A stretch of DNA of 64,000 nucleotides, from the NCBI GenBank assembly GCA_963669175.1, contig OY769902.1, positions 544,001 to 608,000 of the forward strand, given 5' to 3'. A program made the position numbers and the translations under genes. A model generated the notes under the pieces. The model searched no databases. It saw only the letters and a program-made list of their open reading frames with translations, and had not been told where the DNA came from. Positions 10,426 to 20,048 of this stretch are shown here, piece after piece. Positions within the stretch are counted from its first letter, which is position 1. Every line of letters begins with the position of its first letter. Source of the stretch: a bacterium (GTDB lineage Bacteria; Electryoneota; Electryoneia; Electryoneales; Electryoneaceae).

Positions 10426-11628
10426 ATGACTGATACAACAAAACGACGCATTCTCTACATCTGCCGGAAGTGGCCGTACCCACCGCACGGTGGCGCGTTG
10501 ATGCGTAATTACAGCATGATCGAAACCCTGGGCAAGCTGTTCGATGTGGATGTGGTCTGCGCCGGGAATCGTGGCGACGAACAGCCTCCAGTCCAAGCAA
10601 TGACGATTATCCCTGACTATTCCCCCAAGATGAAATCAGCGTTGCGGAAGACGAACTATATCTATCGTCGCGTTCCCTATTTCCTGGCGGATGTTTACCC
10701 GAAACGAGTGTACAGGACCATCGCGGAACATCTTGCAACCGGCGTATATGACGCGGTCCATGTGTCCGAACTTGGCGCAGCAACCCTTTTGCCACACGAC
10801 AACACCACTCCTGTGGTATACGATTCCCACAATTATGAAGCGGGTTTATTGGCACGACGGGCGGAGAAAGAGAAATTCCCGCTGAATAAGCTGGTCAAGC
10901 GTGATGCGAAGCTGGTGCGACGCTTCGAGCGTGGATTGATCAAACGCTCTGCATTAACCCTCGCTGTCAGTGAGATGGATCTGGAAGACCTGGAAGACCT
11001 TGTGCCTGCCCGGAAAGACCGGATCTTTGTCGCAGATAACGCCATCGATACTCGATTGTATAAACCTTCCCAGGACGCAGAACCTGATCCGAATACCATC
11101 CTGATCACCGGGACACTGACCTGGCGCCCGAATATACAGGGGCTGGACTGGTTCATCGAGGATGTGCTGCCACGTTTGACGGAACTGGTGCCCGAGGCGA
11201 TGTTGCGTGTCGCGGGACGTATGGACGACGAAATGGAAGCACGATTGGCGGCGATTGATCATGTCCAACCGGTTCCCAACCCGCCGGATATGATTGTCGA
11301 GTTCGCAAAGGCATCGGTGGTGGCGATCCCGGTACTGGCGAGCAGTGGCACACGCTTCCGTATGCTGGAAGCCTGGGCGGCTGGACGTCCCCTGGTCACC
11401 ACCAAAGCGGGCGCCTTCGGCCTACCCGGCGATGAAGGGGTTCATTATCACGTGCAAGACTCAGGCAAAGGTTTCGCGGATGCGGTCGCGGGACTGCTGC
11501 GCGATCGTGACCACTGGAACGCAGTGCAGAAAGGTGGCTATGACATGATCAAGCTGTACGACTTCGATGCGCTGCAAGAGAAACTGGTTACGGCTTACCG
11601 TGTTTTATTTCCTGAACTGGAGCCTTAA
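10426..11628 (+). CDS. Glycosyltransferase family 4
   Basis: WPYPPHGG, YDSHNYE, SGTRFRMLEAWAAGRPLVTT motifs. Confidence 0.88.
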   Translation: MTDTTKRRILYICRKWPYPPHGGALMRNYSMIETLGKLFDVDVVCAGNRGDEQPPVQAMTIIPDYSPKMKSALRKTNYIYRRVPYFLADVYPKRVYRTIAEHLATGVYDAVHVSELGAATLLPHDNTTPVVYDSHNYEAGLLARRAEKEKFPLNKLVKRDAKLVRRFERGLIKRSALTLAVSEMDLEDLEDLVPARKDRIFVADNAIDTRLYKPSQDAEPDPNTILITGTLTWRPNIQGLDWFIEDVLPRLTELVPEAMLRVAGRMDDEMEARLAAIDHVQPVPNPPDMIVEFAKASVVAIPVLASSGTRFRMLEAWAAGRPLVTTKAGAFGLPGDEGVHYHVQDSGKGFADAVAGLLRDRDHWNAVQKGGYDMIKLYDFDALQEKLVTAYRVLFPELEP

Positions 11629-11944
11629 TGAAGTGCTTTGCCTAAAAAACATAACTACTTGTTTCACGCAAAGACGCAAAGGCGCTAAGAAGTAAAAAAA
11701 GCAAAGAAGGTAAAAAAGGTAAAGAAAGTAACTGGTGCGCCAACCGGTGTATGATTGACCAGGCTTTCTCTACTATCCTACATATACGCCATTTCACCGG
11801 AAAAACAAAAAACTTGTTTCACGCAAAGCCCCCCGACTACAGCATTCGGGAGCAGGCTACAAGACGCAAAGAAAGAAAAAGAAAAGAAGGTAAAAATTGA
11901 AGAAAGTAAAATAGTGGTCATAAATAGAGTTATCGTAAAGAGAA

Positions 11945-11984
11945 ACAAAGGGACTGACCTCCGAAGGCCAGTCCCTTTGTATTT
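11945..11984. terminator. Intrinsic terminator hairpin between convergent GT4 and deaD
   Basis: ACAAAGGGACTG-ACCTCCGAAGGC-CAGTCCCTTTGT with T-rich flanks on both strands. Confidence 0.7.
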
Positions 11985-11986
11985 AC

Positions 11987-12319
11987 GGTTGCTCACAAGA
12001 ATTTGTGCATATTATCGACGAGCACGTTTCGTCAGGTCTTGACGTGATGCCTTTTTCTTGTTTTTCTCAGTAATTTCAGACATCTGTCCGACTTCACACC
12101 TGCTATTTCGCATGATAGATCGTCATCAGGCATCACGTTGTGACCTGACGACAGCGAGAGTGCTGATACAGGTGGCAGGTCACAACGCGACAAGTACAGT
12201 ACGAGAGGTGGTTTCAGTATCATCTTGTATTCGGGAAAACATCGCGAAAGCCGAAAACGGAATGTCGCGTCAAGACCTGCCACAACTTTGCCCGGATGCA
12301 CAAATTCTTGTGAGAAACC
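11987..12319 (+). mobile_element. 333-bp MITE, copy A (possibly ISL3-like)
   Basis: ~23-bp TIR GGTT(G/T)CTCACAAGAATTTGTGCA; flanks GTATTTAC/ATATTTAC (7/8 match, putative TSD); no transposase ORF. Confidence 0.85.
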
Positions 12320-12450
12320 ATATTTACAAATATAAAAATGTCGTTATCCTTTACATCCTTACCATCCTTTTCATCCTGTAAATTCAATAATTCCTTATCC
12401 TTGATATCCTTCTATCCTATTATCCTGTGAGTCAGATCCTGCGAGTCCCA

Positions 12451-14253
12451 TCAGGCAGCTTTGAATTTACGTCCGCGTTGGCTTCCGGCAGCTTTATCCT
12501 TGCGTTTGCCGGCATCACGTTTTGGTTTGCCGCGGTCCTTGTTACCGCGTCTGTTTTCCTCGGTGATCAGCAACGGCCGTCCGGCAACCATGACCCGTTT
12601 CAGGTCGTGCAGGATTTCCGGCGGCATGCCTTCCGGGAGATCTACCAGGCTGAAGTCATCACGGATTGCGATCTTGCCGATATACTGCCCATCCAACCCG
12701 GACTCGTTTGCGATAGCGCCCAGGATGTTCCCGGCTTTCACCCCATGCGAGCTGCCAACTTCTACACGGTAAGACTGCATCGGGAAATCATAGCTGCGAT
12801 CCTGCTTGCCCTTGGAACGGGAGCGTCCGGATTCATTCCGGTCCCGTTTTTCCTTGTTGTAAGGCCGGTCGGAGTCGAACTCGTCACGCTCGCGTTTGGC
12901 TCTGGATTCGCGAACAGGTTTGCTTTCCGGCTTCAACAAGGGTTGTATATCATGGAAAACACGAATCGCTGCTGCCGCAATCTGCATCGGGTCCAGGTAG
13001 GTCTCGTGCTGCAATTCATACGCGATCTTGGCAAAATCGCCGAGGTCAGCCGCTTCTGCAGCCGCGACAACCTTCTCCTTGAAATCGGCAATCCGTCGGC
13101 GATTGATCTCTGCCGGTCCCGGCATGATATAAGGCTCAATTTCCTGGCGTGTCGCACGTTCGATCACATGGATCATATTACGTTCGCGCCGTGAAATAAA
13201 GAGAATCGCCTCGCCGTTACGTCCCGCGCGACCAGTTCTTCCGACACGATGGATATAGGCTTCCGCATCGTGAGGAACATCATAGTTGATGACATGGCTG
13301 ATACGGTCTACATCCAGCCCACGCGCTGCGACATCGGTCGCCACGAGAATATGAATACGTCCGGCTTTCAGGCTCTCGATGGTGCGTTCACGCAAGTGCT
13401 GCGGGATGTCCCCGTTCAGGGGTGCGGCGTTGAACCCACGATTGGCCAACTCCTCCGCAATTTCGACTGTAGCCGCACGGGTCCGTGCAAATACGATCAC
13501 ACCGTCATACGGTTCCGATTCCAGGATTCGGGTCAAGGCGTCCATTTTATGGATACCGTTGATCATCCAGAAACGCTGGTGAATGGTCGCGGCGGTTGTG
13601 GTTTCAGTCTTGACCGTGATTTCCTGCGGATCATTCATGAACTTGGTTGCAATGGCACGAATTGCCGGGGAAATGGTCGCGGAAAACAGGGTGGTATGCC
13701 GTTCCGCCGGGGTACGTTCCAGGATCCATTCCACATCTTCCTGGAAGCCCATGTTCAACATTTCATCAGCTTCATCCAGAACGATGCTGGTAAGATCATC
13801 CAGGTTCAGGGTGTGCCGACGCATATGATCCATGATACGGCCAGGTGTACCGACGACAATCTGTACACCCTTTTTCAGCTCACGTGTCTGAGTACGAATA
13901 TCCGCGCCGCCATAAACCGGCAGCACACGTACGCCTTTCATGAATTCAGCGAATTGTTCAAAGGCTTCCGCCAATTGAATCGCCAGTTCACGAGTTGGAG
14001 TAAGGACAAAAACTTGCGGGGTCCGCTTGCTGACGTCAAGGTAATTCAACAACGGCAACGCAAAGGCAGCGGTTTTCCCGGTTCCGGTCTGGGCCTGCCC
14101 GAAGATATCCTGCCCGGCAAGCATGGGCAGTATGGTTTGAGCCTGAATGCTGGTAGGGGTTTCATAACCCAACTTTTCGATTGCACGCAGCAATTCCGGT
14201 CTCAGTCCCAGGTGGCTAAACCCGGACTGAACGGAAGTCGATCCGTCCGACAT
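12451..14253 (-). CDS. deaD: Cold-shock DEAD-box RNA helicase DeaD/CsdA
   Basis: AQTGTGKT, PTRELA, LDEADEML, FSAT, ARGLD, HRVGRTGRAGR; C-terminal DbpA RNA-binding domain (GNILGAIANE); GGAG RBS before ATG 14253. Confidence 0.95.
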   Translation of the reverse strand: MSDGSTSVQSGFSHLGLRPELLRAIEKLGYETPTSIQAQTILPMLAGQDIFGQAQTGTGKTAAFALPLLNYLDVSKRTPQVFVLTPTRELAIQLAEAFEQFAEFMKGVRVLPVYGGADIRTQTRELKKGVQIVVGTPGRIMDHMRRHTLNLDDLTSIVLDEADEMLNMGFQEDVEWILERTPAERHTTLFSATISPAIRAIATKFMNDPQEITVKTETTTAATIHQRFWMINGIHKMDALTRILESEPYDGVIVFARTRAATVEIAEELANRGFNAAPLNGDIPQHLRERTIESLKAGRIHILVATDVAARGLDVDRISHVINYDVPHDAEAYIHRVGRTGRAGRNGEAILFISRRERNMIHVIERATRQEIEPYIMPGPAEINRRRIADFKEKVVAAAEAADLGDFAKIAYELQHETYLDPMQIAAAAIRVFHDIQPLLKPESKPVRESRAKRERDEFDSDRPYNKEKRDRNESGRSRSKGKQDRSYDFPMQSYRVEVGSSHGVKAGNILGAIANESGLDGQYIGKIAIRDDFSLVDLPEGMPPEILHDLKRVMVAGRPLLITEENRRGNKDRGKPKRDAGKRKDKAAGSQRGRKFKAA

Positions 14254-14545
14254 GGTACTTCTCCAGTTATGGGACAGCGCTATCAGCGCTGATGAAGGTA
14301 TCTTCTTACCGATACCTGTTATTCCATGCTTCCCATAACGTGCTTCACATGCCACATGTCGTGGATCAGGCAATGCTTTCAGTTGAGGATGTGAACCAGG
14401 TGCTCGAGGACGGCTGCTGCCGTAGAGCGGGTGAACAACTCAACACAAAATTACTATGGGGTCGATGGAACTTGTTCCGCGTTTACTTGACACGGAAGTT
14501 CAGCGACAAGTGTACGGCATTTCTTCGCTGGAACCTACAGCTATG
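14254..14545 (-). promoter_or_regulatory. Candidate long structured 5' leader of deaD
   Basis: Minus-strand stems: GTTATGGGA/TCCCATAAC enclosing AGGTATC/GATACCT and CAGCGCT/AGCGCTG next to the RBS; TTCCG(T/C)G/CGCGGAA; CAGCGA/TCGCTG. Confidence 0.5.
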
Positions 14546-14635
14546 TTTCGGAAAGAGAGCCCGTTTATGCTCTTTAGTTTGAACGGCCTACGGAGTAGAT
14601 CCCCGCCTGCCAGACTGTATCAGAATAGAAAACAC

Positions 14636-14787
14636 TCTCATCCCAGCGAAGGCTAGGATCCAGGCAAATATCGACAAAATAACAACTTGGACACTTGAAC
14701 GGCTCTCAATGTACCGTGTATCTTGACAACACTTAACCTCTTGTAATATCGCAACCTGACTGGATCCCAGCCTTCGCTGGGATGAGA
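14636..14787 (+). repeat. 152-bp REP-doublet/MITE-like element, copy 1
   Basis: TCTCATCCCAGCGAAGGCTAGGATCCA...TGGATCCCAGCCTTCGCTGGGATGAGA; homologous to 17601 and 59389. Confidence 0.9.
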
Positions 14788-14924
14788 GCATCAGTGATTC
14801 TGAGACACCTTGCTGCGCTGGGGATGACATGCTAGGACACTTTCCAGAAATCAGTCCAGATCTTTTAGCATTGAAAGCCTTTTCATCCTTGATATCCTTA
14901 TCATCCTGTATTTCTAATAAAAAT

Positions 14925-15256
14925 GGTTCCTCACAAGAATTTGTGCATCCGGGCAAAGTTGTGGCAGGTCTTGACGCGACTTTCCGTTTTCGGCTTTCGC
15001 GATGTTTTCCCGAATACACGATGATACTTAAACCACCTCTCGTCCTGTTATTGTCGCGTTGTGACCTGCCACCGGTATCAGCTCTCTCGCTGTCGTCAGG
15101 TCACAATGTGATGCCTGAGACGATCTATCATGCGAAATAGCAGCTGTGAAGTCGGACAGGTGTCTGAAATTGCGGAGAAGAACAAGAAAAAGGCATCACG
15201 TCAAGACCTGACGAAACGTGCTCGTCGATAATATGCACAAATTCTTGTGAGCAGCC
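14925..15256 (-). mobile_element. 332-bp MITE, copy B (inverted relative to copy A)
   Basis: Reverse complement of 11987-12319 with scattered substitutions; flanks ATAAAAAT/ATAAAAAA. Confidence 0.85.
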
Positions 15257-15309
15257 ATAAAAAATTCATCTTTGATATCCTTCTATCCTATTATCCTGTT
15301 AGGTAAAAT

Positions 15310-15399
15310 CCCGACTTGCTTTCGAGAGTAGCGTAACGTGCAAGATTTCATTCATAGCATTCTTTGTTTGGCGTGGCAGATCATCACAGGCAAATCGGG
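15310..15399 (-). repeat. 90-bp hairpin element with 70-nt loop (copy 3 of the 92-bp family)
   Basis: CCCGACTTGC-70 nt-GCAAATCGGG-CCAT. Confidence 0.8.
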
Positions 15400-15589
15400 C
15401 CATACCTCGCGTCCAGTTATCAAGTTGCAAAGTTGCAAAGTTAATTAAATGAAAATCGTAATCACATCCGTCATTTTCCTTGATTCACATCCTGTACATC
15501 TGTAATTATCTTGTCAATCCTGTAAATAAATCAGTTCATCCTTGATATCCTTTTATCCTATCATCCTGTGAGGCAATATTCTGTGGGGG

Positions 15590-16777
15590 TTAAGCTTCAT
15601 CCCTGTACTTTTCTGCAATGCCTTTTTTCTGCACATACTCCCGAATTTCCGCCCAACTGACTGGCACCGCTCGTCCCGCACGAAACTGTTCGTTTAACTT
15701 TTCGTAGAGCACTTCCACATCCGGATCTTCTGTGTCGATATGCACATCCGCGTTGTTCCGGTGGATCAGGTGCAGCAATCCAGCCTTCCCGGAAAGCGAA
15801 GTCAAGAGCGGTTCAATCGGATAGCCACTCACTTTCCCGGGATGGAAGGGCAGCAGGTGTTCCTTCATATCCATGTCATCCGGGGAGGTCTCGGCGGGAA
15901 GCTCCCAGGCACGCGCGCCGAGTCCGGGACGGTATTCATCACGACGCTTCCCCGGGGTTATCAGCGCCTCTTTCAGCTTGATCAGTTGCCGCAAGTCCAG
16001 TGGCTTGTCGACCATATGCATCAGCGCCAGTTCGGTCGGAGCCCACCCGGTCCCCTGCCCCAACCCGAACAGGCTGCAAACCGGCTCAGCGTGGGCACGT
16101 ACCCCGGAAAGCGTATTGGGGAGCGCCATGCCCAACAGGTCCGATCCCTGCACCGAGATTCGATCCGCCGCGATCCCGAATTCTTTCTCGAACCAGCGAA
16201 TCCATGCTGCGAGTGAATGTGGCAAACGTCCACCCGACAACGGATCGCCAAGCCCGGTGGAATCCACCAGCCGCCAGCGTGGAGTACGGTTGCGAACTTC
16301 CAGCACATGCAGCACACGATCCACTATCGCCGCCACATCACCAGGCTCCGCACGGCAGATATCGGTGAGAGCGATCTCCATATCGAGCCCGTGTAACGCA
16401 GCCGTATCCGCCTGACGTGCGGCGAATTCGGGAGTACGGTCAATGCCATGTGAGGCAAATCGCTGTTGCGCGTATGTCCGGCTCGCAGGAATCTCGAACA
16501 CGACTTCCCGCACTCCCAATTCCGCACATCTCTGGAAACGGTCGCTACGGGGTTCCAATCGAACCAACTGTTTAACCTGTCCCCCAGCCGCCACTTCCTG
16601 TATCGCTTGCAGGATTATCAGGTCGTCAGGATGGTCCACGTAGCACTCAACTCGTACGTCGCTTTTGTGAACCTTGGCCCAACGCGCCAGGGTTCGCACC
16701 ACCCGTTTTTGCCCCTCAACCACTACCGGGGCTCCGCCCCAGCGTCCCAGAGTCAAACTTATCTCGGTCCATCTCAT
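15590..16777 (-). CDS. Re-citrate synthase/HMGL-like (DRE-TIM) homolog, catalytically degenerate
   Basis: RLVDSTGLGDP..LPHS, SLFGLGQGTGWAPTE, SGKAG and RAGRAVPVS segments follow the family layout; DRE and HxH motifs absent; start uncertain. Confidence 0.65.
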   Translation of the reverse strand: MRWTEISLTLGRWGGAPVVVEGQKRVVRTLARWAKVHKSDVRVECYVDHPDDLIILQAIQEVAAGGQVKQLVRLEPRSDRFQRCAELGVREVVFEIPASRTYAQQRFASHGIDRTPEFAARQADTAALHGLDMEIALTDICRAEPGDVAAIVDRVLHVLEVRNRTPRWRLVDSTGLGDPLSGGRLPHSLAAWIRWFEKEFGIAADRISVQGSDLLGMALPNTLSGVRAHAEPVCSLFGLGQGTGWAPTELALMHMVDKPLDLRQLIKLKEALITPGKRRDEYRPGLGARAWELPAETSPDDMDMKEHLLPFHPGKVSGYPIEPLLTSLSGKAGLLHLIHRNNADVHIDTEDPDVEVLYEKLNEQFRAGRAVPVSWAEIREYVQKKGIAEKYRDEA

Positions 16778-16864
16778 GGAAATTGTCCTGTCGCTTGCAT
16801 GTTCGAGTGAATCTACAGCATTTTTGCTGCGAAACCGAACACAACCTGATAAGGGAGACCGGTC

Positions 16865-17446
16865 ATGGATCTGACGGCAGCCATTACAACTCGTTTGGAA
16901 GAACATATTGCAACGGCGCAACGGATGCACGACATCCTGCCCGATGTAGAGCAGGCTGTGGAGCTGGTGGCGGAAACCTTCCGTAATGGCGGCAAAATCC
17001 TGCTGGCCGGTAATGGAGGCAGCGCGGCCGACGCCCAGCACTGGGCCGCGGAATGGGTCATCCGTTTGACGCATCACCTTGACCGTCCCTCCATGCCCGC
17101 CATCGCCCTGTCCACGGATACCTCCATTCTTACCGCAGGCGCCAACGATATCGGCTATGAAAACGTATTCGCACGCCAAGTGGAAGGATTGGGACGCGAA
17201 GGCGACCTGCTGATTGCGATAACCACGTCCGGCAACTCCGGCAACCTCGTCCTTGCAGCTCAAATGGCGAAAAAGAAGGGCACAAAGGTACTGGGCATCC
17301 TCGGTTGTGGTGGCGGGAAGATGAAACCTCTTTGCGATCATGCCGTGATTATTCCTTCTTCCAATACCCAGATTATACAGGAACTGCAGGAATTTGTCGG
17401 GCATATGATGTGCGAATTGAGCGAGCTGGAATTGTATGACAAGTGA
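16865..17446 (+). CDS. gmhA: Phosphoheptose isomerase
   Basis: GNGGSAADAQH, TDTSILTA..ND, FARQVEGLG, TSGNS, IQE motifs. Confidence 0.95.
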   Translation: MDLTAAITTRLEEHIATAQRMHDILPDVEQAVELVAETFRNGGKILLAGNGGSAADAQHWAAEWVIRLTHHLDRPSMPAIALSTDTSILTAGANDIGYENVFARQVEGLGREGDLLIAITTSGNSGNLVLAAQMAKKKGTKVLGILGCGGGKMKPLCDHAVIIPSSNTQIIQELQEFVGHMMCELSELELYDK

Positions 17447-17600
17447 TCGGAAGAACTCTGTTGGATGAGATTCAATTGATGATCCCTGACTGTTATTCTA
17501 TATCAAAACAGGCGACACTCTCGTCCCAGTGTTTGCTGGCTCTATCGGAATCACCGAGCTCTCATCTCAGTAAAGCATACTGTCTCAGAATCACTGATGC

Positions 17601-17800
17601 TCTCATCCCGGCGAACCGAAGCGAAGCGTAGCATGCGGTGTGCGAAGCAATGCCGTGAACAAAGGCTGGGATCCAGTCATATTGCGATATTACAAGAAGT
17701 TAAGAATTCTCAAGAGACGCTGTGCATTGAGAGCTGTTTGTGCGCGCAACTTTTTGTATTGTCGATACTTGCCTGGATCCCCACCTGCGTGGGGATGAAA
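17601..17800 (-). repeat. 152-bp REP-doublet element, copy 2, with a ~48-bp insert in one arm
   Basis: Reverse-complement homolog of 14636 and 59389; extra CCGAAGCGAAGCGTAG...GCAATGCCGTGAAC segment in the hairpin. Confidence 0.85.
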
Positions 17801-18039
17801 GTGTAGCCGATTCTGATATAGCCCGGAAGGTTTGGATGAAAAAGTAGCAATCCCATTTTTCGCCGCCATTCTCTCATCCTTACACAATCTGCTGCGCAGG
17901 GACGCGGGCCATAAGAATGGCTACTTCCTGTAGCACGTTGCCTTATTGACAACCTGTCTCAATACGACCTTCTGCCTGTTGCCCCACGTGCAGGATTGCG
18001 TATCTTTCAGGATTCAGGCAAGGATACAACAGGTGTGTC

Positions 18040-19068
18040 ATGCAGATTCAGAAAATATCCTATGTAATACCCTGTTACAACGAAGAGGAAACGATTGGCG
18101 AAATGCACCGCAGGTTGGTTGCTATCGCTGACCGGATGACCGAGTATGAGTTCGAATGGGTATTTATCAATGACGGCAGCCGTGACAAGACACCACAGCT
18201 CCTCGATGCCCTGGCCGCAGAGGACACCCGTGTAAAAGCCCTTCACCTTGCCGCAAACCGTGGACACCAGATCGCCTTGTCCGCCGGCCTGGATTACGCC
18301 AGCGGTGACATGGTTATTACGATTGATGCCGACCTGCAGGATCCTCCCGAGCTGGTTGACCAGTTTATCGAGAAAATCCGGGAAGGGTACGACCTGGTTC
18401 ACGCCAGACGTAAAAAACGCGCGGGTGAAACCGGGTTCAAACTGATCACCGCCAAGATGTTTTACGTCTTCATCAAGAAGATGTCGAACACGCCCATATA
18501 TGAAGATGTCGGCGATTTTCGAGCGTTTACCCGTGAAGTGCTGAATGCAGTCCGGGCATTCCGTGAACCGCACCGTTTCCTGCGCGGCATGTTTGCCTAC
18601 CTGGGGTTCTGTCAGACTACACTGGATTATGCCCGTGACGCTCGCTTCGCCGGAGAAACCAAGTACCCCTTGCGAAAGATGGTGAAGTTCGCACTTGACG
18701 CTGTGGTCAGTTTCTCCACCGTTCCCTTGAAATCCCTGATCTGGTTGTCGATCGGACTGTGGTTATTCAGCCTGGTGTATCTTGCCATATCGCTCTATGC
18801 CCATTTCGTCCTGCACATGACGGTTCCCGGGTGGACATCGGTTATTATCCTGCTAACGTTCTTCTCGTCACTGAACCTGTTTTCGCTGGCGATTATCGGC
18901 ACCTATGTTGGACGAATCTACGAACAAGGCCAGAACCGACCCCTGTACTGGCTTTCTGCAGCACGAAACATCAGCCTGAAAGAGGGAAATGACAACCCGC
19001 TTCCCTCACGTGAAATGACCTTGTCTACTCATACTGCTCACGGAACGAAAAACGGTACAGACCACTAA
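18040..19068 (+). CDS. Glycosyltransferase family 2 (GtrB/polyprenol-phosphate sugar transferase-like)
   Basis: VIPCYNEE, INDGSRD, IDADLQDPPE, GDFR, two C-terminal TM helices. Confidence 0.93.
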   Translation: MQIQKISYVIPCYNEEETIGEMHRRLVAIADRMTEYEFEWVFINDGSRDKTPQLLDALAAEDTRVKALHLAANRGHQIALSAGLDYASGDMVITIDADLQDPPELVDQFIEKIREGYDLVHARRKKRAGETGFKLITAKMFYVFIKKMSNTPIYEDVGDFRAFTREVLNAVRAFREPHRFLRGMFAYLGFCQTTLDYARDARFAGETKYPLRKMVKFALDAVVSFSTVPLKSLIWLSIGLWLFSLVYLAISLYAHFVLHMTVPGWTSVIILLTFFSSLNLFSLAIIGTYVGRIYEQGQNRPLYWLSAARNISLKEGNDNPLPSREMTLSTHTAHGTKNGTDH

Positions 19069-19143
19069 GGGCCAGTCCCTGTTTTTCGTCGATAATAAAC
19101 TCGTGGATAATCTGTTCGGAAATAGTTTACAGGAAAGGCAACG

Positions 19144-20028
19144 ATGGCAACCCCGGAACTGACGTGTAACGCCTGCCATGACGGATCAATCGACTGGAAC
19201 ACTCTCACCTGTTCATCCTGCGGGCATACGCTTGCGGTTGAAGATGGTGTCATCATGTACAGCGATATTCGCAATGAGGACGACTATCCTGAGGAGATGA
19301 CCGACGCCTTGGTAGGAGTCCAGGATAAACACTTCTGGCATACGTCGCGCAACCTGTGGTTGCGTGCCTGTATGATAGATATCATGCGGTACAATCCTCA
19401 TCCTACGTTCCTGGAAATGGGTTGCGGCACTGGGTTTGTCACGCATGCCATTGAAAAACTGGGTGTGGATGCTGTCGGCTCGGATATGTATGCCTATGGC
19501 CTGAAACTGGGCGCAACCTATACCGACAGCCCCCTGGTCAGTGCGACGATTGACCAGTTGGCGTTCCGGGACAACTTTGATGTGGTGGGGCTGTTTGATG
19601 TCATCGAGCACCTTGATGATGATCTTGCTGCGCTTCGCCATGCTACGACCTACCTGAAACCGGGAGGCCACCTGCTTATCACTGTTCCCGCCATGCAGGG
19701 ATTGTGGTCACGTTTTGATGAGGACCAGGGGCATAAACGCAGATATAACAGGGACAAGCTACTTACTGTATTGCAGCAGGCGGGATTTGAACCGGAACAT
19801 ACGACCTACCTGTACAGCTTTGCTTTGCCCATGGTCGCCCTGCAACGACTGGTTGTACAACGAACGCCGAAAAAGAAATTACATGACTACCTTCGTCCCC
19901 CGGCAGCACCGATAAATTCTATCCTGAAACAACTGGCAGTCCTGGAATTGCGGCTGCATTATGCACTGGGGAAACGTGCTTATCCTTTCGGAACATCGCT
20001 GCTTTGTGTGGCGAAGATGAAAGGGTGA
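19144..20028 (+). CDS. Class I SAM-dependent methyltransferase
   Basis: HFW, LEMGCGTG, FDVIEH, LKPGG.LLITVPA, HKRRY; N-terminal CxxC...CxxC. Confidence 0.9.
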   Translation: MATPELTCNACHDGSIDWNTLTCSSCGHTLAVEDGVIMYSDIRNEDDYPEEMTDALVGVQDKHFWHTSRNLWLRACMIDIMRYNPHPTFLEMGCGTGFVTHAIEKLGVDAVGSDMYAYGLKLGATYTDSPLVSATIDQLAFRDNFDVVGLFDVIEHLDDDLAALRHATTYLKPGGHLLITVPAMQGLWSRFDEDQGHKRRYNRDKLLTVLQQAGFEPEHTTYLYSFALPMVALQRLVVQRTPKKKLHDYLRPPAAPINSILKQLAVLELRLHYALGKRAYPFGTSLLCVAKMKG

Positions 20029-20048
20029 GGAAAAAGGACGGAGCAGCA

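Noticed and set aside
14588-15140. Short ORFs sharing peptide text with 12032-12301, 17597-17806 and 59383-59661
   Set aside because: Similarity comes from the non-coding repeats; no RBS or consistent start and stop
11987-15256. Composite transposon that delivered deaD
   Set aside because: Each MITE has its own flanking duplication and the outer flanks do not match each other
16778-17404. N-terminal 209 aa of the 604-aa ORF
   Set aside because: Mostly antisense shadow of gmhA; family similarity starts near MRWTEIS
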